The notes: generated by a model not told the origin, from the letters alone. A DNA stretch of 64,000 nucleotides from an uncultured Chloroflexia bacterium (GCA_963765765.1 CAVXYC010000020.1:64001-128000); one strand, 5' to 3'. Counted from the stretch's first letter, positions 43,683 to 54,269 are shown. Translations and numbers: made by a program.

Positions 43683-44918
43683 ATGACAGTACGGATAAGC
43701 ACTCTCGACCAACCTGCCCTGCAATGTTTCCTCGAGGAATCATCACGTGTCATTCGCCAATGCCTTGTCTCTACCGAGCATGGCCTGGGATTACTAGCAT
43801 CGCCACTTGATGGAAAGTATCCCTTTGTATATACGCGCCAGCATGCTCTGGCCGCTGTGATCCTGGGCGAGCTTGGCGATTTTGAGTCTGCTCGTGAGCT
43901 CTGCAAGTTCCTCATCAATTCGCAGTCTCGGTCTGGCTTCTGGGTGCCTCGCTACGACAGTCACGGGCGGGAATCCCATGATCGGATTGATCCCGATGTC
44001 ACGGCTCTGGTAGTTTGGGCGATTCTCTCCGTGGTTCGCCTGGCCAACGACGATGTATTTGGAGAAGCGGTCCGCGAGCACGTGGAAGAAGCCGTGCGAT
44101 GGTCGGTGGACCGAGCCCTCAACCCGTACATCTACCTCATGGAATCACCATCGTCGGAGACAGGCGCGAACGCGGAATTCGAGCTATGGAACAACTGCGC
44201 CCACGCAGCAGCGTTCGCCCAATGTCACCGGGTCTACGGTGGCGATCGGAATCGTCGCGTAGCGCTGCACCTGCGCCGAGCGATCGGGCAGCATCTAACG
44301 GTGGATCACAGATTTCTGCGTGGCCTGACTTCCGAGGGCTTTCCCGACCCACGCGCCGACATCAGCATGCTAGCGCCCTACTACTTTGGCCTCTGGGCAC
44401 CCACAGAGCGCACTGTTATCAACTCCGTCGACCTGATAGAAAAATCACTTTGGAATGTAGAAATTGGCGGGTTTGCACGAATACTACCGTTCTCCCCCGC
44501 ACTGCGCAGGCGACCGCCGGGCTCAATGCCACACGTGAGCGCCTGGATGGCGCGTTATCACTACGACGTTGGAAATACCGATCGCGGTGAAGGCATCCTG
44601 CGCTGGCTCATGGACTCGGGAGTTGACGGTAGGCTAGCCGAGATTCGCGTGCCCAGAACCTCAGCAGTTCGATACACCGCGGAGTGCCGACGCGCTCTGA
44701 CGGTTGATTCGGATCCGCCACGCCAGCTTTCGGACCGTCGAGCGAATCTTGAGCTGGCCCGCGAGCGCAAGCTCGCGGACCTCGATTCAATCGACAATGA
44801 TGTTCAGCGTGGGGAGATCGCGGACTCGGGTCGTCCGTTCGTGTGGGCGCATTTCGAAACTCTCCACGCGCTGAAGCGGGGTGGTTACCTCGATCACTGG
44901 AGCCCACTTCAGCAATAG
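43683..44918 (+). CDS. GH15/glucoamylase-like (alpha/alpha)6 protein
   Basis: YPFVYTR, GFWVPRY, DVTALVVWA, ADISML, GGFAR, GRLAE, PFVWAH resemble GH15 blocks. Confidence 0.6.
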   Translation: MTVRISTLDQPALQCFLEESSRVIRQCLVSTEHGLGLLASPLDGKYPFVYTRQHALAAVILGELGDFESARELCKFLINSQSRSGFWVPRYDSHGRESHDRIDPDVTALVVWAILSVVRLANDDVFGEAVREHVEEAVRWSVDRALNPYIYLMESPSSETGANAEFELWNNCAHAAAFAQCHRVYGGDRNRRVALHLRRAIGQHLTVDHRFLRGLTSEGFPDPRADISMLAPYYFGLWAPTERTVINSVDLIEKSLWNVEIGGFARILPFSPALRRRPPGSMPHVSAWMARYHYDVGNTDRGEGILRWLMDSGVDGRLAEIRVPRTSAVRYTAECRRALTVDSDPPRQLSDRRANLELARERKLADLDSIDNDVQRGEIADSGRPFVWAHFETLHALKRGGYLDHWSPLQQ

Positions 44919-45029
44919 CGCAGCCGGTAGGACTGGCGTCCCTGCCTGTCCTGGGCTATCGGGTTGTTGATTGCTGCTGTACAGGCCGAGACGCCCAATA
45001 CCGTTTAGTGAAGGGCTGGGAGACTGGTG

Positions 45030-45096
45030 GGACAGTCGTCTCGACTGTCCCGTCCCCGATCAATCGTGAGTCTCTGGACAGTCGAGACGACTGTCC
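45030..45096. repeat. Pair of 21-bp palindromic units in inverted orientation (REP-like doublet)
   Basis: GGACAGTCG-TCT-CGACTGTCC (45030-45050) and its exact reverse complement (45076-45096). Confidence 0.8.
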
Positions 45097-45172
45097 GACC
45101 GATTCGCGGGCGTTCTCCAGTCCTTGACGCAACGTGTTAGCCCGAGATGCCTGTCCCGCCGGCAGTATCTGG

Positions 45173-46412
45173 CAGGGTCTTTTCATTGTCGCGTGAGTCC
45201 GGTGAGCGCCAAGATGGCGAGCGGCCTTGCGGCATAGGTGCGCAGTGCCGCCGCGATGTTGGTATGGCCGGCGCGGCGCAGGATCCCGATGGCGGTATTG
45301 CGCAGGGCGGCCACGACCTGGGGCGCATGGCCCGTGCGAATCTGGCTGCGATCTTCATCGAAGGTGACGTCGCGCACCCAATGCAAGCAGTTCTCGATGC
45401 CCCAATGGCCCCGCCAAAGGGCGGCCAGGCTGGTGGCGTCGGCCTGATCCGGGTGGAGACTCGTGAGCGCATACCCGGCTTCCCGGGTGGTCCGCCCGTG
45501 CCGCGTGACGACCCGTTCAATGGTGCAGACCTGAGCCACATGCGGCCAATCGAGGTAGTCGTTCAGGAGCGTCGATGTCCGCAGCGTGCGCTCTTCCTGC
45601 CGATCGCCGTGCCGGCCGACGCTGCACCGCCCGAGCGAACGTCACACCGGGTGGGGGCTCCAGGGTAAACAGCGCCACCAACGCTTCCAGGAGCCGGTGC
45701 TGGTTGTCTTTGACCGCCCAGAAATACGCGCCGCCCGCCGCGACCACCTGATGACTCAGGGCACGCTGGCAAAATTGGGCGTCACCGGTGACCGTGACGC
45801 CGTGGAGGTCGAGATCGGCCAGCAGCGCCTCCGCCAGGCGCAGCTCGTGCTCCTTCAGCGTCCCCCTTTTTGGCCCAGCACCTGCCCATCCCGATGCGCG
45901 AAGGCGGCCACCAGATGCACGCCCGGAATCTGTTCGCCGTGGATCCCGCGGAGGTGCTTGCCGTCCAGCGCCACCGCCCCCGTGGAACCGGCCCCCTGGA
46001 CGCGGGCCCACTCGGCCAGAACCCGTTCGAAGGCGTCGCGGTCGAGATCGCGAAAGACCCGAAACACCGTCGCCACGCTCGGGGTGGTGGCCCGGGTGAT
46101 GCCGAACGCCCCGCGGATCTCGGCCGAGCCCTGATCCCGCCCCCACTGGGCGATCGCATACAAGCTGCGGGCCCCCGACACCATGGCGCACACGGCGAAC
46201 GTCAAGATCGTCGCCACGGAGTACCGGCAGCCGCGGCGATGGCGGGGATCCGGCACCGGGGCCAAGGCTTCGAGTAACGATGGAATGACCGCGTCCATGC
46301 GTCCCCTCCCGGAGAATTCCCCACCTCGCTCGAGGGGAGATTCCCAGCCTACGCCGGTCGGCATTCCTCCCTCATGGCCCCGTCGTCACAATCGAACAAC
46401 GAAAAGACCCTG
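45173..46412 (-). mobile_element. Complete ISAs1-family insertion sequence (1240 bp)
   Basis: IRs CAGGGTCTTTTC(A/G)TTGT, 16/17 match; 10-bp target duplication CAGTATCTGG at 45163-45172 and 46413-46422. Confidence 0.95.
45183..46298 (-). CDS. ISAs1 family DDE transposase, split over three frames
   Basis: VPDPR..RG.RY, VALDGK.LRG, TGDAQFCQR, VKDNQ, RGHWGIENCLHWVRDVTFDED. Confidence 0.92.
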
Positions 46413-46576
46413 CAGTATCTGGCGCAATCCTATGCGTCCGACTCTGAGAGTGGTACTCTCTGCCGAGTGCGAGCAGAGATCCGTGGACCGCGAGTGATGA
46501 ATTGTCACACTCGGGTAGCCACTCCTAAGTCAGTCACGCTCCAGCTCGCGATTCGCCGTTAAAGGAGCCGTTCCCT

Positions 46577-48385
46577 ATGGCACGTGAATGGTCGGAGCCC
46601 ACTGAAGTACCCGTGGGCGTTGTTGACTCGGCAGGCTCTCCTGGCTGGGGATCCGATGTCATCATGGATATGCTGCGACTGCTCGACTGCGAGTACGCGG
46701 CCATCCTTCCTGGCTCCACGTTTCGCGGTATTCACGATTCCGCCGTGAACTATCTCGCGAATCGCGGACCCGAGCTTATCGTCTGCCCTCACGAAATGCT
46801 CACCATCGCCGTTGCCAATGGCTACTACCGTGCAACCGGTAAGCCGATGGCTGCGATCATCCACAATTTTGTCGGCCTCATTAACGCTTCCATGACGATT
46901 TACGACGCCTGGTGCGCACGCGCGCCGGTCATCATTCTGGGCGGTACCGGACCGGTAGACGCACGCAAGCGCCGCCCGTGGATCGATTGGATTCATACGG
47001 CAAACGTCCAGGGCAACGCGATTCGCGACTTCGTCAAATGGGACGATCAACCCGGGTCCATTGAAGCAATTCCCGAATCAATATTGCGAGCGTACCGACT
47101 GGCCGTGACCGAGCCAGCCGGCCCGGTGTACGTAAACTTTGACGTGACGATTCAGGAAGCTGATGTTCCACGCGACTTCGTACTTCCAGACCCGTCAAAG
47201 TTCGCGCCTGCCGCGTCACCGGCACCGGATCGAGAGGCGTTGCGCGAAGCTGCCAAGATGCTCATCGGCGCGGAGCAGCCGTTGGTGTTCGCGGACCGAG
47301 TCGGTCGGAATGCCGATGCCGTGGAGTCCCTCGTCCAGCTTGCTGACCTCCTTGCCGCACCGGTGATCAACGTCGGCGCCGCATTCAGCTTCCCAACGCA
47401 CCACCCCATGGACTTCACCGGTGCTGAGAAAGACCTCCTTAAGGATTCCGATATGGTCCTCGGCCTGGACGTCATGGATCTTGACGGGGCCCTACGACTT
47501 CCGGTGAACTACCTCACCCGCAAGGCCGAGCGCGCATCTGAGGATCAGAAGGTGATTAGCATCTCCTTGGAAGAGCTCATGACCAGGAGCTTGACCTCCG
47601 ACTATCAAGCGCTGCCAAGCGTGGACCTACCGTTCCTGGCGGATACGAAGTTAGCAATACCCTATTTGCTGGAGGAGTGTCGGTCGCTACTGTCCTCCAA
47701 CGACCGCACGCGCATCGACGCGCGGCGTCAGGCACTGGTTGGTCGCCAGGAAGAGCTCCGAGCCAAGAATCGCGCATACGTCGAGAGCCAGTGGGACCAT
47801 CCCGAGATCACTGAGACGCGGCTTGTGGCCGAGCTCTGGGAAGTCATTAAGGATGAGGATTTCGTCTTCACGCATGGCGGCTTTGTACGTATCGCGCCAG
47901 GCGTCTGCAGCGTGAATGGCCCCGCCCAGCATCTCGGCAACCTGGGCGCCGGAGCCGTCGGGGCTCGCCCGGGCGTTGCCCTTGGATCAGCCCTCGCGCT
48001 GAAACGCAGCGGCAAGCTTCCTGTGGCGCTAATGGGCGATGGCGAGTTCTTCGGGGCGATCCAGACGCTCTGGACGGCCGCGCATTACCAGATCCCCGCC
48101 CTGTGGGTCGTAAACAACAATCGGTTGTACTACAACGATGTGGGACACCAGGATCGGATCGCCAAGTTCCGCGACCGGCCACCGGAGAACAAGTGGATTG
48201 GCCTGGCCATCGACGAGCCAGCCCCGGATTATTCTGGCATCGCGCGAACGTTCGGCCTCCACGGCGAAGGCCCGATCAAGAGCGCATCGGAGCTTGGCCC
48301 AGCATTCAAGCGTGCCCTCGAGGCCGTCAAAACCGGCCGCATGGCACTTCTCGATGTCTGGACCGAGGGCCGCGCGGTAGCGTAG
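46577..48385 (+). CDS. Thiamine pyrophosphate-dependent enzyme (acetolactate synthase/benzoylformate decarboxylase family)
   Basis: PGS, HE, GDGEF...NN TPP motif; AAGGAG RBS. Confidence 0.88.
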   Translation: MAREWSEPTEVPVGVVDSAGSPGWGSDVIMDMLRLLDCEYAAILPGSTFRGIHDSAVNYLANRGPELIVCPHEMLTIAVANGYYRATGKPMAAIIHNFVGLINASMTIYDAWCARAPVIILGGTGPVDARKRRPWIDWIHTANVQGNAIRDFVKWDDQPGSIEAIPESILRAYRLAVTEPAGPVYVNFDVTIQEADVPRDFVLPDPSKFAPAASPAPDREALREAAKMLIGAEQPLVFADRVGRNADAVESLVQLADLLAAPVINVGAAFSFPTHHPMDFTGAEKDLLKDSDMVLGLDVMDLDGALRLPVNYLTRKAERASEDQKVISISLEELMTRSLTSDYQALPSVDLPFLADTKLAIPYLLEECRSLLSSNDRTRIDARRQALVGRQEELRAKNRAYVESQWDHPEITETRLVAELWEVIKDEDFVFTHGGFVRIAPGVCSVNGPAQHLGNLGAGAVGARPGVALGSALALKRSGKLPVALMGDGEFFGAIQTLWTAAHYQIPALWVVNNNRLYYNDVGHQDRIAKFRDRPPENKWIGLAIDEPAPDYSGIARTFGLHGEGPIKSASELGPAFKRALEAVKTGRMALLDVWTEGRAVA

Positions 48386-48413
48386 TTGCTCGATTCCGAC
48401 CAACGCTAAATGC

Positions 48414-48457
48414 GGTCTCTGTACTCGCCAGTGAGTTCGCTGGCGAGTACAGAGACC
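48414..48457. repeat. Long near-perfect hairpin, probable terminator or REP-like unit
   Basis: GGTCTCTGTACTCGCCAG-TGAGTTCG-CTGGCGAGTACAGAGACC. Confidence 0.7.
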
Positions 48458-48736
48458 CGGGCCGGAACCGGATCATGCTTATTCATCGAGAGCAGCTGAC
48501 CCATGAGATGCGGTAGCTGCGGAGCATCCTGCCCGACGGCGGAGCGCCGCACCTGCTCATGTATCAGAGTGACGGTAATCGACAACGGTTGCCGGGTCTA
48601 TCGCTGGCACTGCGGGTGCGGGCGGGATGCCCGCAGCTATAAACTACTTGAAGACTATTTCGCGCCTGTGCGTGATCAGGAACAAAAAAGGGAGCCGTAC
48701 AGCTCCCCTTTTTACGCTACGTCATTTTAGTCCGAC

Positions 48737-49786
48737 TCATGTCCACCTGGCGAAGCACCAACCGCCACCGGTGCCAGCGGGAGTCCTAACGGCTGGGACG
48801 TACTCGATCAGCTCGAAGTCCAGATGCTCCAGTGCCCCGGAGGCCACGATCCAGTTGCGAATCTCCGAGGAGGCCGAATTAAGGCGCTCACGAGGAATCG
48901 ACCCGAGGATCTCGCCGTCGTGCTCTGCCATCCCCTTGATGACCATCCGATCGATCTCTTCATCCACTACAAAGTGGCTGAGACCGCCCGACGCGACGAC
49001 CGCGACTTTCTTGTCACTGTCCCACGCTTCGATACCCTTTCGAATGGCCTTACCAAGCGCATAACAGCGTCGAGGCGTAGGCTGGTTCGGCGGGTAACAG
49101 GTGTTGACGAACACCGGCAAGATAGGCATTGGATTATTGTCCATGAGCCGCTTGACCACGAATCCCCACCCGTGACCGATGCCAAAAGGCCGGGGCTTGG
49201 TTTCACGCTTCCACCAAACATAGCCCGATGGACCGATGCTGCCACCGTACGAGTCACGGAGGTAGCGCATGTGAGAGATATCGAAATCGCTATCGATCAG
49301 ATAGCTGATGAGGTGCTCGCCGAGTGCGGAATCGACCGGAACATCGAGCTCCTTGTCCCCGTACCCAGCCATGATGCGTCGCCGCATGTCGCTTGCATCC
49401 GGGGGGACGGATCTGGGCAGAAGCTTGACCGTATCGCCCCAGTAGATGCTAAACGCCGGCATATTGTCGTCGAACAGAATCTCATCCTGATCGTCGCTCA
49501 CGATGACCACAACGTCGGGCTTTGTATCCTGAAGAGTCTGTCGAACCTCGGCTATACCGCGCTGCAGTCTTTCGTGCTCAGACTGAAACTGCTCAGCGTT
49601 GATCCGGTCCGCGAACGACGGATCCGCTTCCTTGACTAGATCCTCGTACGGCGTTCGCTTCGCCGTCCTTGGTGAGATGAGCTCACGGTTGTTTGGATCA
49701 TTTGATGAATATTCAGGCCAGAGATCCGGCGTCAGCGCCAGAACGGGCGAATGCGACGTTCCGATGCCGAGAACGATTTCCGCCAC
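48737..49786 (-). CDS. Class III extradiol ring-cleavage dioxygenase (LigB-like)
   Basis: GIGTSHSP, PDVVVIVSDD, GHG, PVFVN, RCYALG, ASGGLSH, SEIRNW. Confidence 0.88.
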   Translation of the reverse strand: MAEIVLGIGTSHSPVLALTPDLWPEYSSNDPNNRELISPRTAKRTPYEDLVKEADPSFADRINAEQFQSEHERLQRGIAEVRQTLQDTKPDVVVIVSDDQDEILFDDNMPAFSIYWGDTVKLLPRSVPPDASDMRRRIMAGYGDKELDVPVDSALGEHLISYLIDSDFDISHMRYLRDSYGGSIGPSGYVWWKRETKPRPFGIGHGWGFVVKRLMDNNPMPILPVFVNTCYPPNQPTPRRCYALGKAIRKGIEAWDSDKKVAVVASGGLSHFVVDEEIDRMVIKGMAEHDGEILGSIPRERLNSASSEIRNWIVASGALEHLDFELIEYVPAVRTPAGTGGGWCFARWT

Positions 49787-49993
49787 GGGTCACCTCCCTC
49801 GACTCGATTCCAAGAGGATTCTGCCACGCCAGAAGTTCTGAAGCAACGACGCCATTGACATGAGAGTCGGCAGGGGCCATTACCTACCCGATGTGGCAAT
49901 TCACAATGAGAGACCGCCGACATCCTGTCGGCGGTCCGAGCTCCTGGGTCCTTCTTGTCCACACACGACGATGCAAGTCAGTCAGATTTGGCT

Positions 49994-51790
49994 TCACCAC
50001 GATGGAACATAAGGCTCAATATCGGGATCCTGTCCGCCCACCTGAAAAGTTCGAAGCACGAAAGCGGCAGCGCCGTGCTTCAGGAACACCCGGACGAGAG
50101 CGCGCGCGGCCACAGGCGGAATCACTGTTCGCCATGTTCTCAGCGCCATTGAAAGGTTCTTCAACTGGCTACGGGACGCCCCGCTACTGAGCGTCTCGGC
50201 ACCATATTGCCAATCCGCTCGGTCGGCGCCAAAGGGCAGGAGTGTGTGTTGGATGTCCTCCGCGAGCTCGAGAAGCTGCTCTCTTCTCCGCGCATCCTCC
50301 GGGTATTGAAGGCGCAGCCTCTCCTCATCCGCGCGCTCTCGCAAGGCGGCCATAAGCCACCTGACTGCCGAGTACAACGCCTGATTTGCATCCTGAGCGC
50401 AGTTGTACGCGGCCGAAACGCTGACTCCGCCGCGTCCGTCAGCGATTCGATAGCGGGCGGCCATGACCTCGAGCGCATCAACAACGGCTGTCAGCGCTGA
50501 GCGTTTTCGAGGGTCTGCTTCAAATCGGCCCGTGAAGCAGTCCAATTTGAGCAGGATGTCTTGAATCGGCCGTATACCCAGCCAGCCGAATTGACGGTCG
50601 CCACTATAACGGCTCCAGTGCAGCGCCCCAGCAGTCACACCATCCGTGTTCTGCGTGTAGATCTGGCGATAGACGATGTCGAAGATTAGCTCATCAGCGA
50701 GTGGCTCACGCGTGACTCGCGCGCTGCCAAACGCAAAATGTCCCCAGTAAAATGGAATTTTGGCAGTCGGCTCGGCAACATTTCCGCCGATACGGCCGTA
50801 AAGATGAATCAGCAGAGCCTCTTCGCCCTCACTCCAACTGACCGCCGGCCCATCCGGCGCGATCTCGGCCCGAGTGAACTCGCCCTTGCACGTGTGCGCA
50901 GCCTCTTTCCAAGCTTTTGGTGAGAGATAGTGCTTGACATCCTCGCCAGCAAGACGAAGACTTTCGTGGCTCAGGCGCAGAAGAGCTCTGGGCGCGAGCG
51001 ACCGAACGACGAACATCCCATCTGCATCAACCGCTCCGTATGCATACCAGCCGTGTTGATTAGCTGGAGACGTCTCAAGCCGCACGTTGCTCGATGGGCG
51101 CGCGCCGTAGAGATTCGCTTCTACAGTCGGTACTCTCACGACTTCCCGCGGTCCGTCAAAGTCCCTCGACACCCGATTGAAATGCACAACCGTGTATTGG
51201 TCAGCATCAGCAGGGTCGACTGAAAGGAACTGGACAAGAGCGTAGTAGCGACCGGTAACCTGGACCGGCTCCCCCGGTGTTCGGATGATGGGCCGCTCAT
51301 CCACGCCTGACTCCAGCTCCACAGGCCCTGTCAATCGAACGACGATATCGTCTTGAGGGTGCGATCCCGCCAGCGACTCGAATGGGTTCACGAGGTCCCA
51401 TCGATTCACGCGCTCCGGGAGGATCAATCCATCAGCCACCATCTTCTCGGAGTTGGGGGTGAAGGCAACCGGGCGGGATTGACTCCAGAAGTGCGCATTG
51501 GTGCGGGCGTCGTCCGACCAGCGTAGCCGGATAACCTGACCAATGAGATTGGCGTGCTCCGGCGGCGCCAGGTGAACCTCGAAAAACGTACCCATGGTCG
51601 ACTCGCGTTCATGAGCCGCCGGCAGGATGAGACGACCTACCCACTCACCTATCGGTGCATACAGCTCCAAGTTCGGATGTGCTTCAAGTGGATAGTGACT
51701 GGGTCGATTGAAGTCGGCCTCAATGTATTTTGCATAGTTGCTCGAAGGAAGCTTCTTTTCCACGGCCGGCGAGCGCGTCTCGAGGCTCAT
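49994..51790 (-). CDS. Conserved hypothetical protein with predicted His...Asn-Cys (permuted papain-like) domain
   Basis: 598-aa ORF; WGHFAFG and AYNCAQD motifs; ATGA overlap with upstream gene. Confidence 0.75.
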   Translation of the reverse strand: MSLETRSPAVEKKLPSSNYAKYIEADFNRPSHYPLEAHPNLELYAPIGEWVGRLILPAAHERESTMGTFFEVHLAPPEHANLIGQVIRLRWSDDARTNAHFWSQSRPVAFTPNSEKMVADGLILPERVNRWDLVNPFESLAGSHPQDDIVVRLTGPVELESGVDERPIIRTPGEPVQVTGRYYALVQFLSVDPADADQYTVVHFNRVSRDFDGPREVVRVPTVEANLYGARPSSNVRLETSPANQHGWYAYGAVDADGMFVVRSLAPRALLRLSHESLRLAGEDVKHYLSPKAWKEAAHTCKGEFTRAEIAPDGPAVSWSEGEEALLIHLYGRIGGNVAEPTAKIPFYWGHFAFGSARVTREPLADELIFDIVYRQIYTQNTDGVTAGALHWSRYSGDRQFGWLGIRPIQDILLKLDCFTGRFEADPRKRSALTAVVDALEVMAARYRIADGRGGVSVSAAYNCAQDANQALYSAVRWLMAALRERADEERLRLQYPEDARRREQLLELAEDIQHTLLPFGADRADWQYGAETLSSGASRSQLKNLSMALRTWRTVIPPVAARALVRVFLKHGAAAFVLRTFQVGGQDPDIEPYVPSW

Positions 51791-52777
51791 GCGCTCTGCT
51801 CCTTAAGCTGAGCCGCTGGCTCGTTGGCATTTCCCTCAAGGAGACCATCCTGCTTCAACACTCGAGTGACGGCATCCACGGTCACTTCAGCGCAGCTACG
51901 GCCGTCGGCGAGTATTGTTTCTGGATCGAAATAGTTGCCCGAGCCATTGTGGGCGATGGGACCCAGCGATTCCATCCGGATCCTACCGTCCGAAAGCGCG
52001 CGATTCCATTTCGACTGTGGGAAAATTGGCCAGCGACCAGCGAACACTTTCCCCCCCAGCCCCTGCACCGGATCCTTGTCGCCATAGAAGTGATAGAGGC
52101 GCTCGAGACTTTCAATGCCCAGGGTCGTTCGACATGACACCTCCAACTGATACGACGCGTATGGGCGCGCCCAACATTCGTCTGAGAAACGTCACAGTAC
52201 CCAGCGCGATCTGTCCACCGCCGCTCCAGCCCAGAAGGGTCACGGGTACACGGCTCCCCTGCTGATAACCGTGTCGAGCCAGCGACGCAACAATCGCTTG
52301 TGCCACGCCCAGGTTGTAGATGGGTCCATAACGCGGATCGGCGGATACCGCCATCTGCAACATATTGCGAATGTTGACCAGATTCGGCAGAAGTGCAGTG
52401 GGCCTCTCCCCGCGTATATGTTCGATGCGAGTCCAAAGCCATGCAAAAGTCCATTGGCCTGTAAGACCGGCTCCTGTGACGCGATACGGGAACACGTCCT
52501 TGATCAACGCCGTCCCCGTCAATCGGCTGGCGAGCATTGGAAGCCAGTGAATCTCCTCCTCAGGAATACTGTCGTCCGTGATCGCACCGATGCCGGACAG
52601 ATACACAAGGAAATGTCCTGCAGGGTTTACCTCTGGCTCAGCCGACGGGGAAGTGGGCTCCGGTGGTTTCTCGTGTTCGCCAAACCAGCCGGCCCACCAG
52701 CCCAACGACTCTAGCGGCGCCAAGATCGCCAGGAGGGCGATGATGAGTATGAGTCCGATGAGCAGATTGTGGATCAT
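51787..52777 (-). CDS. Membrane-anchored alpha/beta-hydrolase-like protein, frameshift near 52120
   Basis: N-terminal TM; VYLSGIG, LLGWSGGGQ, YGDKDPV, AHNG (Ser-Asp-His order). Confidence 0.75.
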
Positions 52778-53448
52778 GACGATCCCTTCCTTCCGCTCTC
52801 GCTGACGCCCGCCCTATTCACCTGTCCCGTCAAGATGTCATCTACCCGTACGTCGAGAGCAGAACCGGCGACATGCTGCCAGAGCCAATCGTGGACGGCA
52901 ATAATGGGCCGACCGAGGGCCCCCTTTGCTACCTCGATGATCAACCACCCGGTAGCGACAGTGATCAGCGCCGGGCCTGTAGAGCCATCCGCCATAGTGG
53001 TGACTGCGGATACCACCACGAGGGCACTCCACACTGCGAGAAGCTTCCCAAACGCCGCACCCGCGTAGGGCATCAGGATGAGCGGTCCGAAGATATACGG
53101 CGCTGCTCCGAGTCCGACGAGCCGCAGTGTTGCACCCAGAGTCTCGGTCGTCGGAAGAACGAAGCGCCCGATCAGCCAGATACTCACGGCCCAGAGCGCG
53201 AGACTCAATGCAAACAGGACCGCGTTGAGGCCCAGACTAAGCAAAAAACGGGCGGGCGATATGCGGTTGACTATGAGAATCACGGCCTGCCCGACCATGA
53301 GCCCCGCGCCGCCAATCAGCGCTATCACTATGACGGCCCAACGTGATTGTGGGTACGCCTCAACGATTTCAAATACTCGCGGATCGAGACGTAGCGCCGC
53401 GGTGAGACCCACCCAGACGTAATGCACGAATTCCAGAATCTGATCCAT
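52774..53448 (-). CDS. Yip1-like integral membrane protein
   Basis: About five TM helices; AALRLDPRVFE and VGLGAAPYIF motifs. Confidence 0.7.
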   Translation of the reverse strand: MDQILEFVHYVWVGLTAALRLDPRVFEIVEAYPQSRWAVIVIALIGGAGLMVGQAVILIVNRISPARFLLSLGLNAVLFALSLALWAVSIWLIGRFVLPTTETLGATLRLVGLGAAPYIFGPLILMPYAGAAFGKLLAVWSALVVVSAVTTMADGSTGPALITVATGWLIIEVAKGALGRPIIAVHDWLWQHVAGSALDVRVDDILTGQVNRAGVSESGRKGSS

Positions 53449-53460
53449 TACTGCAATTCC

Positions 53461-54186
53461 TTAAGCACTCACGAATGACGGTCGGCGCAGCGACTCGCGC
53501 TCGGCCCACAACTGATCAATGCTGATAAGACTCAGTCCACGATCCACCACATGTTTGAGAATCTCATCGGTCAGCGCATCCACGGGCGGACCACCAAGCG
53601 ATTCGTGCAGCACGATGAGCGACCCGTTCTCAATGTGGGTCCCAAGCTGCCGAATGGTGAAGCTGGCCGGCTGCAACCAGTGCGCGGGAACCACACTCCC
53701 CATGACCGGGCGATAACCCCAGCGGCGCAACGCGCGCACAATTCGGGGCGAGATGTGGCCAAACGGCGGGCGGACGTAGACCATGGTCTCGAGAGGCCGG
53801 CCCGCCGCGGCAGCAATATTGAGTCGTGCCTGGTGGAGCGATTGTCGTAGCAGGTGCGGTTGCTCGAGCAGGAAGGAGCGGTGCCGTTGCCCATGCAGCA
53901 TGATGTGGTGGCCGGCCTGCGCAACCTCAGTGACGAGGTCGGGATGCGCGCTGGCGCGCTCGCCGAGCCAGGAAAACGTTGCCACCGCGTTGTGCCGAGC
54001 AAGTACGTCGAGGAGCCGCGGTGTGTCGCGCCTGTCAGGTCCGTCGTCATAACTGAGGGCGACATGCCGCAGGGCAGGATCACCGTACCAGAGCACACCG
54101 GGATAGAGACGCTCCAGAAACCGCGGAGCAGCCCGAGGAAGCTCACGCTTCAGTCTTCCAAAAGCATTGGTCGTGTATAGCCCCAT
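53461..54186 (-). CDS. Polysaccharide deacetylase (NodB/CE4)
   Basis: ALSYDDGP, ATF, H.IMLHG..H, RPPFG, IVLHE. Confidence 0.88.
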   Translation of the reverse strand: MGLYTTNAFGRLKRELPRAAPRFLERLYPGVLWYGDPALRHVALSYDDGPDRRDTPRLLDVLARHNAVATFSWLGERASAHPDLVTEVAQAGHHIMLHGQRHRSFLLEQPHLLRQSLHQARLNIAAAAGRPLETMVYVRPPFGHISPRIVRALRRWGYRPVMGSVVPAHWLQPASFTIRQLGTHIENGSLIVLHESLGGPPVDALTDEILKHVVDRGLSLISIDQLWAERESLRRPSFVSA

Positions 54187-54269
54187 TGCGCCCTTGCCCT
54201 CTCCGCGGGCCCACGACCACTGTGCTTGACGGTCACGGCCTCCGGTCGGTGTTGCCTTGAAACGTGCCG

